A stretch of DNA of 64,000 nucleotides from Psammoneis japonica (taxonomy: Eukaryota): assembly GCA_008632985.1 (NCBI GenBank), contig QPGO01000152.1, positions 62,001-126,000 of the forward strand. Reading direction: 5' to 3'. The notes beneath the pieces are model-generated. The model worked only from the letters and a program-made list of their open reading frames with translations. It did no database searches and was not told the DNA's origin. Below, one piece after another: positions 37,001 through 49,485 of this stretch; positions within the stretch are counted from its first letter, which is position 1, and each line of letters starts with the position of its first letter. The position numbers and the translations under genes are program-made.

Positions 37001-38563
37001 CAGAGACTTCTTTTCTGTATTGACTTCCTTTTTTCTAGGTGGCTTGCCAATCCAGTCTTCAAGAGTCGTGTTTCTTTCGTGATTAGGACCAAGCAAGCGT
37101 GGCGGCTTTTCTAGTTCTTTCGTTCCATTGTTACCTTTGACCTTGGTGTCGCCGTGGTGCTGCTTTCGCCTCGTCGGTCGATCCCCCCCGCCAGCGCTTA
37201 CCGGACACTTTGTTTTGTCTCCTCGGTAGAAGTTGACAATCTTTGTCGCCATACCCTTGGTGAGTTGAATCGGTGGTCGCTCTTCGCTGTATTCAAGCAG
37301 CACCAAATTTCCTTCCGTCGGGCTAAGATCAGCTTCGCTGCGTATACGCACCTGCGACATGGTGCTCCCATGAGATCCCATCATCATGGATTGGTACGAG
37401 GATGAGTTTGCATCTGGACCCTGCTTCTTGGACGAAGGGAGCCTGATTTGAAACTGCCAGGGCCGATCTACGCGAGCAGCACTTCTCGGAATCTTGGGAC
37501 GATGGTACTGACGCAGTTGCGACATGCTCAAGTCGGGCTTCACCAACATATGATTGGCAACCAACTCGGGCTGTTCAATGTACTCCACATGTGTTGCAGA
37601 TGAGCCCGAGTGTCGTGATGGTCGACCCGTCCGCTCTGTCCCTCCAGGACCCATAAGGGAGGAGGTAATAGTCCGTCCCTTACCAGCTCCCAACGATAGA
37701 GTCCCCATGGCTTCAGTCACACGAGTACTCTTATCCTTAGCCATTTGAGCACGTTTCTTCTGCCGTTCTTCAAATTCCTTTTCTTGTTGCTCACGATCGG
37801 CGTGCAAGCTCCCACTGACATTGGCTGTCGAAACCGCCGGCGTGGACCATTCACGTTCGCGCCTTTTAATGTAAGCTTCCGATTGACCAAAGGGCAACGG
37901 CCTCGAAGCTGGGAGATACTGTTGAGCCACCGATTGACCAGTGGTGCCTAAATCGAGAATGAGAGGAACGGTCTTGGCTTTCTTGAGCGCGTCCGCTACA
38001 TCCCAACAAACATCCGAGGCGTCCCAGGCATCCAGATATGGATTGCGGCGTTCCATCATGAGCGACATGGCCGACTCGCCGTCATTCTTTTTTTGTTTCG
38101 CTGCTCCGTCAGAACCTTCCCATCTAATATCCTTTTCCCAATCACCCAACTCCACTTCATGCAGAGACGGTGGCAGGGTCTTCCACTCGTCCTTTGGCGC
38201 CTCTGGGATTGAGTCGTGCAGCTGTTTGATTGCAAGCGATGGTTTTGTGTTTTTAACATGGCGTTGATAAGCTGGTGTCTGGGATACCAATTCAAGAGCT
38301 AATTTCAGAACCTCTTCTTCATTCGATTTCTTTTTGATTTGCGCATCTTGTGACGCATGATTGGTTGCCTTTGTCACTTCCTCATGAACAACACTATCCG
38401 TTTCAGCGTGAGTCTTTTTTTTCTTTCGAGCAGCCTCCTGAGGCACCAAGAGTGACACACGAGCCGGTCGGTATTGTCGAGATAACAACGCTTCAAAGTC
38501 CAACGGTGCGGACGCCGGTGTTGCCGCTACGCCTGCCGCAGTCGCATTGCTAGCGGGTGGCAT
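34056..38563 (-). CDS. TAF1: TFIID subunit 1 (exons 38563-34533, 34446-34056)
   Basis: LRQYHRP, LLEYSEERPP..GMATKIVNFY, NLFAAPMFRH...TDFL, LAPWHLT, GDPSGLGEGYNF, KRWDRV; C-terminal bromodomain split by an 86-bp GT-AG intron (KNKR/YEYK). Confidence 0.92.
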
Positions 38564-39279
38564 GGGTCAAAAAGGAGTGAATAAGGACGAGAGAGACAAC
38601 AAAAAGGTAAATGCAGGACTGAGAACTGTTTCACAACTACAACTCTCACTGCCACGATGTCGTATGTCGTGTGTTGTGTCGTGTGTCGCCTTCTCCTCCT
38701 CACGTTTCGGGCGTGATTTGACGATTTTCCTCGTTTTTTGCTTTTTTTTAAATTTTTTCAAAAATGTCGTTTTTGCTCGCATTTCGGCGTCCGTCCGCCA
38801 TCCCGCACTCTCTAGAGTGCTTTTTGCACAAGGTTTTGCAGGAGGAAAATCTGAAAATCCAGCAACAAACTATGGTGGAACACATCGTTAACAACGGCGT
38901 CCATAAAGTCCGAATTAAAACCACACCAGTAATCTCTCTTACAATACTATTGAAAGGTCGAGGGAAACTAAGGCTTGTAACGAGAAGGCCATTTTTTGTA
39001 ATTTTGCACACCTCACACATTTGCATTCTTGCTGTCATACCTTCTTGACCACTCTCGGGCAACGTTCCAAGGTCCGTCATGTAAGGTATGAGTTGGACTT
39101 TGCGCTCTTCGGCTAGAGATCTACTCTCTAGAGAGGGCGGACGCAAGGCGTTGACTTCAATATACCCCTCCTAGCTTCTCATCGCGTTTCTCTTTCGCTA
39201 CATCGTCTAGAGTAGCTACATGTATTAACAATGCAGAAATTCACTACTAAGAATGCCCGGAGAGAAATAGAAGGACAAA

Positions 39280-40550
39280 TCAGCCGTGATAGCCCTCAAC
39301 AAACGCAAAGTGTCCGCCTTCACGGAATCGGTGAAGGTAGTTGAAGGCAATCTTTTCAATGGGCGTCGCCTCAATACCAAAGTCAGCCATGGTGAAAATC
39401 TTGTCGGCACCCTTTTGCGCCTTGTACTCTTCCGCAGTCATTGCAGGGAGATAATCTTGACTCCAAAGCTCAACCAGATCCGGTGTGATCATGGGGTATC
39501 GCTCGTACTGCAGCACGTTGGCGATCGACTTGTAGGTACTCTTGGGCAAGTCAATCACACGCGGCTTCTGCCCCGTAATATCAAAGACAAACTCAGCCAA
39601 TTCCTTGTATGAGTAATCTGTTGGTCCAAAGCAATCAACGGTCTTCCCCTCAAACTTGTGAGGTTCATCGACAATCCGGGCGATGGTCTCGGCTACATCC
39701 GCCATGTACACGGGTTGCGTAAGAGCATGACCACCATCCACCAGCGGAACGGCGGGAAACTTGTTGGCGCAGTTGGCAAACCAATACAAGAGCCGATCCT
39801 CAGGTCCAAACAATTGCGTCGGGCGAACAACGGTTACCCACGGATACGTCTCTTTGACAGCTTGTTCTCCTGCATACTTGGTGCGAGCCCATTCCGAAGG
39901 CGAGTCTGGATTTGCACCCGCACACGAAACATGGATAAAGTTATCAATCTGCATCTCCTTGCACAGTTCCGCCACTGTCTGAGGAATGGTTACATTCGCA
40001 TCTTCAAAGGTAAAGTTGGTTTGTAATTTAATGTACGGAAACTTGTTAGTGCTGACGGGTGCCTTGGTTTCATAATACCTTCCAATCAACGAAATCACCA
40101 CGTCTGCGTCGCCAATCACCTCTCTCATGGAGTCCTTGTCTCTGGAGCTGTAAAAGACAAACTTGGATCGGCCTAAATCAAACATAGGCTTGATGTGACG
40201 CATATCAAACTCGTCTCCTCGGTTTCCCAAGTACGCCAAAACACCGTTGGTTCCTGTGCAAGAGAGGACAAGTGCAGTAAATTGCTATGAATAGGGCCTA
40301 CGCTCTAGCTAGAGTAGAGAGAATCCAAACAAAAGAAAATAGGACAGGAGGACGTACCGAGACAGCAACAAACATACCGCCCCAGAAATCCCGACGCTCC
40401 AAACACTGCAACTTTGACAGCGGCATCCGATGCACGTCCTCCTGGTCCGCTCTCTCCATAGCGCCTGGGTGGCACTGTGCTGGGCATCAAGGAAGAGAGA
40501 GAACGACGACCCAAGGTCGACGCCCTTGCGGCACGAGAAGCGGCCAACAT
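39280..40550 (-). CDS. NDUFA9: Complex I 39-kDa subunit (exons 40550-40358, 40252-39280)
   Basis: Mitochondrial presequence, GPGGRAS...VFGASGFLGRYV, HIKPMFDLG, TKYAGE, RPTQLFGPEDR; 105-bp GT-AG intron restores frame. Confidence 0.92.
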
Positions 40551-40854
40551 GGTCGATGTCTGATTTTCTGTTGTGCTGCACGACGCGCAACACACGTACT
40601 TTGTGATTCTACAGGATCCATTACTAAATCTTACGTATGTAAATTCTTACGCGATGTCCTGTACATTCTCGCTCGCTCGCCCGCGCCCCCTAAGATAGCA
40701 TGCGCGCCCAAAAGAGACAAAAACAAACTGTAGCTCTAACTACTAGACTCTCTCTCTAGAGAGAGCAGATTGGATGAGGCAAAGCTGATTAACTTGTTAA
40801 TAATAACTCGCTTTCTAAAAACAACCAATCAATCATCTCCATAGAGAGACGAAG

Positions 40855-42225
40855 CTAGCCTTCCGTTTTGCGGAACTCGTGCACATCCGAGTAGAAGCGC
40901 TTGTGTAGCATCTTGAACTCGAAGTCAGAGTCACTAACCAGGTTGTCGTAGTCATCCGTGGTCGGAACGTAGGCATCTTCGGGTGGGAGATCCTTCCAGA
41001 ACTCTCCTTCAGCACGCAAATAGGGATGAATATACTCCATTGGGTCCAAGAGGGACGCTCCCAATTTGCGAGCTCGTGCCGGAGACCAACCAAACTCGGG
41101 ATCCGGATTGCTACGGCAATCCTTGTAGGGCATCTCCAAGGTCATGCCGAGGCAATCAAACCGGTTCGAGACTTGATTCGTTGCAACATTCATGTACTTC
41201 AGCACATCCTCAGCCGAATCCGGAGGTGGGTATCCAATCTTTTGCTGCATGTCAGAATTCGAGCGGGTATATGCAGCCGTAAAGGCTCCGTGAAGGGCTT
41301 CGAGTCTGGGTCCCCACTTGGGAACCAGGTTGGCACCCGAGATGAAGTTATACGGAAGTTCTTCGTCTCCGTGTATATCGCAAAACAGATCGACGCCCGT
41401 CTCGTCCATTTTCTGCAACACATGATAGACTTCTGGAGAACGTTCTAGAGTAGGAGCTTTGTAATTGCCCTTGGGTGCCCACTCTCGATTCAAATTGGCC
41501 CCGACCGAGTTTGTTCTCAAGTGCCCCATGACGGCTCCGTCAGGACACATACAGGGAATAATGTAAAAGGTGTAGAGTTTCAAGATCCGATCGACTTGCT
41601 CATCTAGTTCGTTTCCATCGAGACGCAACAGACGAGTCAAGAGACCCTCTGCATAATGCTCCGCCATGGTTTCACCCGGATGCTGTCGATGAATAATCCA
41701 CGCAACACGTTCGCCACATCCCAGATGAATGCATTCCATTTCCCGTCCCTGAAGCGTCTGTCCCAAACTCGTAATGGTGCATCTACCGGATCGAGCACAC
41801 TTGGAAATCAACGACAAGTGACGCAAATACGGAAATGGCGGAAAGAAACTAAAATACGTGGAACCCGCCGGACATTCAAATTCCCAGTGAAGTTTGCCTT
41901 CCGTGTAAAAGGTGTCAATCACTCGCTTCCAACTGTCCACGTCTTGAAAGTCGTCCGAGTAACAGACCGTCGTTCCTGCCCACGCTTCGGGATACGACAC
42001 GTCTTCGGCATTGTCAATGATGAGTTTGAGCTTGCGGGGCTCACTGATTGTGACTCGAAAGCAAAAGTACTGCATGTGAGCCATGCGCTCGAGCTCCGTG
42101 TACACGTCGGGTCGAATGTACAGAGCCACGTCCGTCATGGATGGATCGCGCTCGTTCACGTGCTCTGCCATCAACTTGATGTTGCCGCCATCAAAGGAAT
42201 CCGAGATGTTGATCTTGGACGCCAT
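40855..42225 (-). CDS. M14 zinc carboxypeptidase, cytosolic carboxypeptidase/Nna1-like
   Basis: SFDGGN, RQHPGE, CPDG, GHLRTN..GANLNREW, DIHGDEE, TLEMPYKD; first ATG at 42225. Confidence 0.9.
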   Translation of the reverse strand: MASKINISDSFDGGNIKLMAEHVNERDPSMTDVALYIRPDVYTELERMAHMQYFCFRVTISEPRKLKLIIDNAEDVSYPEAWAGTTVCYSDDFQDVDSWKRVIDTFYTEGKLHWEFECPAGSTYFSFFPPFPYLRHLSLISKCARSGRCTITSLGQTLQGREMECIHLGCGERVAWIIHRQHPGETMAEHYAEGLLTRLLRLDGNELDEQVDRILKLYTFYIIPCMCPDGAVMGHLRTNSVGANLNREWAPKGNYKAPTLERSPEVYHVLQKMDETGVDLFCDIHGDEELPYNFISGANLVPKWGPRLEALHGAFTAAYTRSNSDMQQKIGYPPPDSAEDVLKYMNVATNQVSNRFDCLGMTLEMPYKDCRSNPDPEFGWSPARARKLGASLLDPMEYIHPYLRAEGEFWKDLPPEDAYVPTTDDYDNLVSDSDFEFKMLHKRFYSDVHEFRKTEG

Positions 42226-42635
42226 GGTGATTGGTTTGTTCTTAGTCGTTGCTGCTGTTGACGGTCTACTTCGACTGTCAACTGTCAACTAACAACGTCC
42301 AACGTGTCAACTCAAAACTGCGATGATGTTCGATGTTTGATAGAGGTGTTAGACAGTGCAATGTGCAATTTTTGATGTTCGATTCTGGTACTCAATTTGT
42401 GAGCTCATGACCCGAAATGTCCACCGCACAATAACTTCAACATCGAGGATCGACGAGCCACGGACGGAAGGCGGAAGGACGCGATTGTTCAGTCGTTCTC
42501 ACTTTTTCGCTTTGTCGCCACAAAAAATCAAAACGAAACGAAAGGTGTCGTTCCTGCGTTGTCGACTTGCTCGCGTCCCCCTATAGCTTTGTTCTCCTTG
42601 TGTCCTTTGATATCGCCCAGTATGCGCTACTGATA

Positions 42636-43979
42636 ATGCAAGGAATCATGTCTGACTCGGAGAAAAGTCAGAAAGCACAAGAAGAAACGAATCATCATCA
42701 TCATGCCAAAAAGCCAAACAAACTCCTGTCCCCAAACGAGAAAAAGGCGAAACGTGCGCTGAAACGAAAGCTCAAGCTCCAACAAAAACAAATCAAACTT
42801 GAAACGAGACTTCGACATGCTATAAGCCGCAAAGATACACGTGTGGAAGAGCAGACAAGACAGGCATTGAAACATATGAAAAATCAACAAGAAGCTGCCG
42901 AGGAAGGTGAAGCATCCATGGATTCCCAGATTTGTCTTCAACAAGACGGCACTTCCAAGCTATCTAATGATACCACAACTAAGAATATTGAAACGGAAGC
43001 GCTCTCGCCAAATCCTGATATTGCAGCCGCGAGGCGATTGATAACACAATTGTATCAAAGGTTACAGTCATCACAAGCCGGGAATAGCGGCATTGATGAA
43101 AAGGAGGACCAACACCGCGACGCGGTGAGTCTGCTGAAACACATGACCAAGGGAACGCAATCGAGATGCATGTTTGACAACGAAAAGGCCTTGTGGGGAT
43201 ACACGAGACAGAAATTCTATGAACGAGCCATGCTTGTAAATACGTCCTTTGGCAAGTTGAGACACGTCCCCTTGGACGGTGGTGAACAATGTCGGCTTCA
43301 ACGAGTAGCTTGGAATACGCTGACAAACAATTCTCTCAAGCGTATCTGCTGTATTGGATGTGGTCCCGGAAATGATATTGTGGGAGTTGTTGCCTTTTTA
43401 CAATCCTTACGACAACAAGAAGAGGAACGACCAAACGAATGGAGCGGTACCTTGGAGCGAGTCGTCATGTTGGATTGGGCCATCGTGGAGTGGGAAAAGG
43501 CTGTCGTGAACCATCTCGCAAATCTGCTGGTTCCTCAGTACGTGGAGGCATTAGAAACATCCTTTTGTGATGTTACCATGTCTCTTCACACCCCATCCAA
43601 TCTAGCGGCGTGGCGGGCGCTTCTTCCATCGCAAGAGCATGCGGCCGACGGCAATAATCACGACACAATGCAGCACGACGCCACCAATGACACGACGTGC
43701 GGCATTGACTTGTTTTTATTCTCCTACATTCTAACCGAGCAGCGTGGATTGTGGAACGAGTTTCTGTCAAACACGGTGCAGATTGCCAAGCCTGGGGCCC
43801 TTTTCTACTTTTCTGAGCCAACGCCGTGGCAGCTTCATGTTGTGTGTAAAATGTTTACAAGTCAGCTAGATTTCATATGGCTAGACTCCTCCATGTACGA
43901 TCCATCCCTGCAAGTTTTGGACGGTCGAGTGGGTCCAGGAGTGTTGATGGGAATCAAGAAACGAGATGCAAATACATAG
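42636..43979 (+). CDS. Class I SAM-dependent methyltransferase-like protein
   Basis: CCIGCGPGND motif I-like, VMLDW, DLFLFSYILTE, KPGALFYFSEP; basic coiled-coil N-terminus. Confidence 0.65.
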   Translation: MQGIMSDSEKSQKAQEETNHHHHAKKPNKLLSPNEKKAKRALKRKLKLQQKQIKLETRLRHAISRKDTRVEEQTRQALKHMKNQQEAAEEGEASMDSQICLQQDGTSKLSNDTTTKNIETEALSPNPDIAAARRLITQLYQRLQSSQAGNSGIDEKEDQHRDAVSLLKHMTKGTQSRCMFDNEKALWGYTRQKFYERAMLVNTSFGKLRHVPLDGGEQCRLQRVAWNTLTNNSLKRICCIGCGPGNDIVGVVAFLQSLRQQEEERPNEWSGTLERVVMLDWAIVEWEKAVVNHLANLLVPQYVEALETSFCDVTMSLHTPSNLAAWRALLPSQEHAADGNNHDTMQHDATNDTTCGIDLFLFSYILTEQRGLWNEFLSNTVQIAKPGALFYFSEPTPWQLHVVCKMFTSQLDFIWLDSSMYDPSLQVLDGRVGPGVLMGIKKRDANT

Positions 43980-44068
43980 AATAGAGAGACCTGTTAGAGC
44001 TACACTACTTATGCTTACTGTAGTGTGTCCGATATGCCGGCCTCTCATTCTGATACATCTGGCCCAGA

Positions 44069-44527
44069 TCAATTCGATTTCACTTTCTTAGAGCTTGCAG
44101 TATCACAGAGTCGTTGGACTTGACTAATCTCGCGCCGAAGTTTGAGGACAAGAACCGACAGAGAAACCAACGTGACGAAGCACAGAGCCAAGCATTGCTC
44201 AAATGTGACATCAGGAATGTAAGATACAAAGCTTGGAACCTGCTCATCTGGTTCTTGAATGATCCGGAGAAAGAAGCCGATGCAGCAAATTACGGTTGCG
44301 AAGCACAGTCCGAGCAAAACGAACAATGCATGTCCATAGCTTCCTCGAGACGGCGTTGGTTTGCTTGCCTCTCCTACTTCCTTTGTCGCAGCATCCGTAT
44401 CTTGCGTCGAATCCTGCTTTTCGGCTGTGCTCAGTGGCGCACGCTTTGCGTCGTCTTCTTGATGTTTCGCCGCCATGGTTTGATTTTTTTGTATCTCAGA
44501 TCCCTGGATTTCTGGATAATTCATCAT
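44069..44527 (-). CDS. Hypothetical small two-TM protein
   Basis: 152-aa ORF with two hydrophobic segments and normal TA content; no family recognised. Confidence 0.5.
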   Translation of the reverse strand: MMNYPEIQGSEIQKNQTMAAKHQEDDAKRAPLSTAEKQDSTQDTDAATKEVGEASKPTPSRGSYGHALFVLLGLCFATVICCIGFFLRIIQEPDEQVPSFVSYIPDVTFEQCLALCFVTLVSLSVLVLKLRREISQVQRLCDTASSKKVKSN

Positions 44528-47500
44528 CTTTAGTCATGTATAATTGCATTGTCATTGCCTCTGTTACGGACATGCAAACCGCGTCTGGATTTAGTGCTGG
44601 GGTGGGGTTCAACAATGGTCACACGAAGAAGGACCAAGGGACAACACAAACACAATCTCACTTTCTTTCAATCAAATGCACACCACAGCGCTGTCTCAGT
44701 TTTGTGGATTGTGCTGAAAAAGCACCCCACAACCACGTCAGCACATCCCCTCCTCCAGTGCATGCGCAGTGGTGTGGGGTGACGCAAAAATGGCAACAGC
44801 AGCATGGTGTTTGAAGCAGACGCCACGGAAGGCATCTCCAAATGCTTCAGAGGCACATGTGGGCAACCCAGGGCTTGAGTGTCTGTTGGTCTCACACAGG
44901 AGTCAAAAGGAAATTTCTTGCAACAATCACTGTGTGCTGGCCCTGCGCTGCCTCTCTCTTCTTTGAGAGCAGCAGGGTTGTTGCAGAGCAAGCTGCCTGC
45001 GCCAGGAGACAAAAAATGCATGAGTGCTGCTGGCACTGCTGACTGAGCTGTGGCTGGATTGTGCACACATGCCAGCATGCTCTGTGCTCTGCAAAAATGA
45101 GACAAGAGCACAAAAGAGCTTGTGACCAGCTGGCGCTGCGCGCGAGAGAGCGGCTTTCAATGATGATGACATGCACGGCAAGCTCAAAGAGCTCCTGGGG
45201 GGCACTTTTACCAACTTTTTGGATTTGCAACAAATGGGAAAAACAAGAAGCTCCAACTCATTGGAAGACAAGAATGCAGTGCTTGACAACTTGTTGGAGT
45301 GAGAACACAGAAAAGCGAGATGCGACAAAAACTGCCACCAACAAGTGTGCACCAGCACCAGGTTCTGAAGTCTGCGGAGGCACCAGGAGGTTTGCCAGCC
45401 ATTCTTGCCACAGCACCAGTGCTTTTCTAAAACTGAATGTTTGCACATCATAAGAACAAAGCAAGAGACAAGACACTCTTTCATGCGTGCATGCAGCAGG
45501 AACGAGGGGGGCTGCGAAAGCACGCACACAGCAAGGCGCTGACAGTGACAGATGTGGCAGACAGCAAGATGATCATTTTCCCGCCATTTCCTTATTTCCA
45601 ATTTTCCAAACCAACTGCATCAATGTGAAGTGATGCGAGACAGATGTGAGATGTGAGCGCCGCAAAAACACTCGGGAATCGGAGATTCCCTGCCACCGCC
45701 TCGGCTTCGCCATGCACAACCCCAATGACATGACACAGCGCAAGCTGCCAAATGGCTGCAACAATCAATGCACGAACACATCCAATGCACAGAAACACAC
45801 ACAAGCACACACATTCGTGTGGTGCTGCTGAGATGGCAGCCAGAAAACAGGGAACAAATCTGCGGGGATCTCGTTCCGTCCATTTTTCCCCCCAACACTG
45901 TGTGAACAGAGGGCTGGGCTGGGTGGGAATTTTTCAGCATTGTCGGCCCATGTCGGGTCAACACAACTGATCCCATTGTCACCGGCAGTCCACCAAACAC
46001 AATGAGGGGAACTGGGGGCAGCCTCTCGTCATCGTCCGTCTGTCTGTCTGTCTGTCTCTCTCATGGTGACTGACCTTGCTCAATGCCACAGGTTGCAACT
46101 TGAGAGCTTGCTCCTTGAAACATGTCCAAGGTGGAGCCATTGCTTTCTTTCATCCTTGAGCCCCTGTGCATTGCACAGGATTTGCCCACCTCCCCTTGTG
46201 TGGAGGAGAGCTTGTCTGAAAGCTCAACTCTGTGAGACTTCTGAGTGCTTTGGTGTCAAGTTTACTTCTTGGTGGCTCTTGGCCAAGGTCCCTGGAGTTC
46301 AACTTGAGAATGGCATTGCATGGAGTGCATCTTTGGATCCTCTTTGCACCCAAGTTTAGATGGCAATGTCTGGCATCCAGCACACACGTGCCCTTCAAGT
46401 GTCAGCCCCACAGTTGGATCTTTTTTGGAGGAGGGCACCTCCAAGCCAAGATGACCAAGTCCAGTCTTTTTGCAAACTGTGACCAGTCAAACTTTCGTTC
46501 TTCTCTTTCTCACTTTTCCAGCTTTGTTGGAGCAGGAACACTGACCACTTCAGCTGGATCACACCGCAGCTTGGAAAAGCACTTTGTGCGATGGGTCTCA
46601 GATGCTCTTTTTTATCTGCACTGAAACCAGCACATGTTTTTTGAAGGTTGTTGTCACACAGTTGAAATCTGAGTGAGAAAAAAGACAAATGTGAAACAAG
46701 AATTCCACCATCTTCCGTGTTCCACCTGTTTTTTAACAAGCCATGTGCGAGGGTTGTGAGTCCTGAAAAACAGGTTTTGGGCCAATTTCTGGTGCAAAAC
46801 CCTCTTAGAAAATTTGCACAGAATGTCTTGTTGGTGTCATGTGCATCTGGCAGCTAAACTCATGGCTGGGGTTCAGTGGCCACAGAAGGCTGCACCACTG
46901 TTTCCATGCGGACTTGTCAATTTGCACTCAAACATGTTTGGAAGCCTGTGGTTTGGAAGTGAGACAAAGAGCTGCTGTGCACCTCCAGGTTCAATGGGCA
47001 CTGAGTCAACCATCTCAATCATGGATTGCAACCAAACATTTGTGACTGACTCATGATTCTTTGGACCCCATCTGTTGGGACACAAAATTGCTCAGTTCTT
47101 TCAATGTTGCCAAGCACTTTGCTTTGCAACAAACTGAGTTGAGGAATGAAGGAAGAGTGTGTTTTGGCACAATTGTGAAAAGGCTTGGATTGAACAGGCA
47201 AGCATGCAAAGCTGCAATTGTTTGGGTTCAGACAGACCCGGTTTGGTTGCATCAACAATTGATGTGGCCCGCATCACATTTTCATTTTGCTGTCGACAAA
47301 ATTCCTGTTTTTTGAAACATTTGCAGACTCCTTTGGATCTCCACTCTGATGTCAACTCATGAAAAGTTGTGCCTTTGAAACCAGGCAAAGAGACTCTGCA
47401 AAATCTGTGAACAAATCATCTTGTTGCGGACTTCAAAGGATTCAAGCCTTTAGCTGTTTTTCTTTCCTCCCACCCACCTGGCTTTAGATGCCAATGACAC

Positions 47501-49485
47501 AAGGGTGTCATGGCCGGCAGTCTGCACTTGGGGCTCCCTCGCATTTGCATTTGCGTTGGAGAACGTCGAGCAACTCTGCTCTGCTCTGTTTTGCCATTGG
47601 CGTTGGTGGGGCCGGGGCAGCGGGCCAAGGCTGGAGACAATGTGGCATGCTTGGGCCCGGTCTCAAATTTGGTCCCCGCCCCTGATTGCAATGAACTCCT
47701 CAAATGAAATGGGGGGACAAGCACTGAGGGTTTGTTCGGAAGACAGGGTTTTTGGCGGAGATGGTTCTGCCGCAGAAAATTGAGCACCGCTCTCTCTCTA
47801 GCTGCTGTAGTTGATTGTCCATGCAGACACCATGACACCATACATGGCATCTCTGGCTGCGGCAATCCTGGCATTGATTCTATGAGACACCACACAAAAC
47901 ACCACATTTCGCTAAAAAAAAAGTGTGCAGGCAATTGATTTGTGGCCCCAGACCCCGACGAACTCATTTCTTGTGTGTTCAGAAGCCTTCAAATGCCACC
48001 ACAAATCAATTTTCCCTTGTGTTGTCCATGAGCCCCCATGCCCTGTGGTGTTTGACACTTTGCTGTCAACGGCAAAACAATTGGGGAGCATTGGAAAAAT
48101 TGTGGTGGCGTTTTGGATTGAGACACCATGTTGATGCCATGTTTTGTCCAAATTGGTTCCTCCTCTCTCAGGTGGAACTCTCTGCATCGAAGTCTGAAAC
48201 CAAAAGATTTTGGATTGCCGTGCTTGCTGCTGTCAGAAAATAGAGGCGTGACGATTGCTTGCACCAATCATTTTGCTGCATTTTTTTACCTGTTGAGTGA
48301 GTTTTGCGCCGGGCGTCCAAATTAACCACAACACATGACGGTTGTTTTTCGAAACAGGGTGCCATGGTGTGCACTTCTGCATGACCCACACGACCTGACT
48401 AACATGCGTTGGGGCCAGAGCAGTGCATGGTGCTGGTTCTTTTGCTTCTGACCGTTCTGTCTTCTGTGAGGTTTCACGAGTTCATCTGTGCATGTTGATG
48501 TTGTCTAATTTGAGGTGCGGTGGCTCAAGTGAAAGTGAAAGTGCACGAAATTTGTGCATTGATGCAGTTGTCTTTGCTGAACAGTTAGTTGCAACTTGCG
48601 TCCATCCCATTGTTTCTGTCCATGCTCAATCCGCGGTGGCTCAAGTGAAAGTCTGAGTGTGTGAAAGTTGTGCATTGATGTGGTTGTCTTTGCTGAACAG
48701 TTAGTTGCAACTTGCACCCATTCCATTGTTTCTGTCCACACTTGTTCCGCAGGATCCTTGCTTGCTCCTTCTCCTGCTCCATTGCTCCCACTTCTTCTCC
48801 AGCTCCTCCTCGGTGAAAAATCTCCCACCGGTCTGTGGTGGTGCCGCCGCCCACGCTGCCTTTAGCTCCTCCATGGTTGAATCATCCCTGGGCACGACCG
48901 TTGCTTCCACATGACAACCGTCCACTCTTGTGTTGTCTGGCACAAGCACAGATGAGACATCATAATTTCCTGAAGCAAGCTTGAACGCCGCTCTTGCTTC
49001 TTCCACTGTAATCTTCTCCCCACCTTCTTTGTTCATTGCTGACTGAAACAGTTCCGCATCTGTCTGCACCCTTTTCTTGTCCTCTCCAGTTTTCTTTGGC
49101 TCGTCTGCCTTCTTTGTTTGTTGTTGCAAATCCATTTTTTTCTCTGTTGCTCCATTTTGTGTGACGTTTGCGTTCACGTGTTCTTGGTTTGTTGGTTGAA
49201 ATCCATTCGACGTTGTGTGACGCATGTGCAGATTTCTGCGCAATGTGCTGGTCTAATCGAAATTTTCGATTTTACAAAATTTTTGTGTTTTTACAGTTGG
49301 TTTCACCAAACAGTTGCACAGTGGTTGGGCATCCTAATCTTGTGTTTGCGTGCTACATCAATGCTTCTGCGCACTGTTGCTGAGAGAAATGCGTGGCGCT
49401 TCAAACCTTCATGAGTCTTGTCAAGGCTTTGCAGCCTTCTGGGACCTTGTGTCTTTACTCTGGAGAGCACAACATGCACCCAATT

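Noticed and set aside
42636..43979. Adjacent methyltransferase-like gene as the mutator or its DNA-marking enzyme
   Set aside because: Proximity only; no DNA methyltransferase catalytic motif (PC, DPPY) or deaminase HxE/PCxxC motif seen
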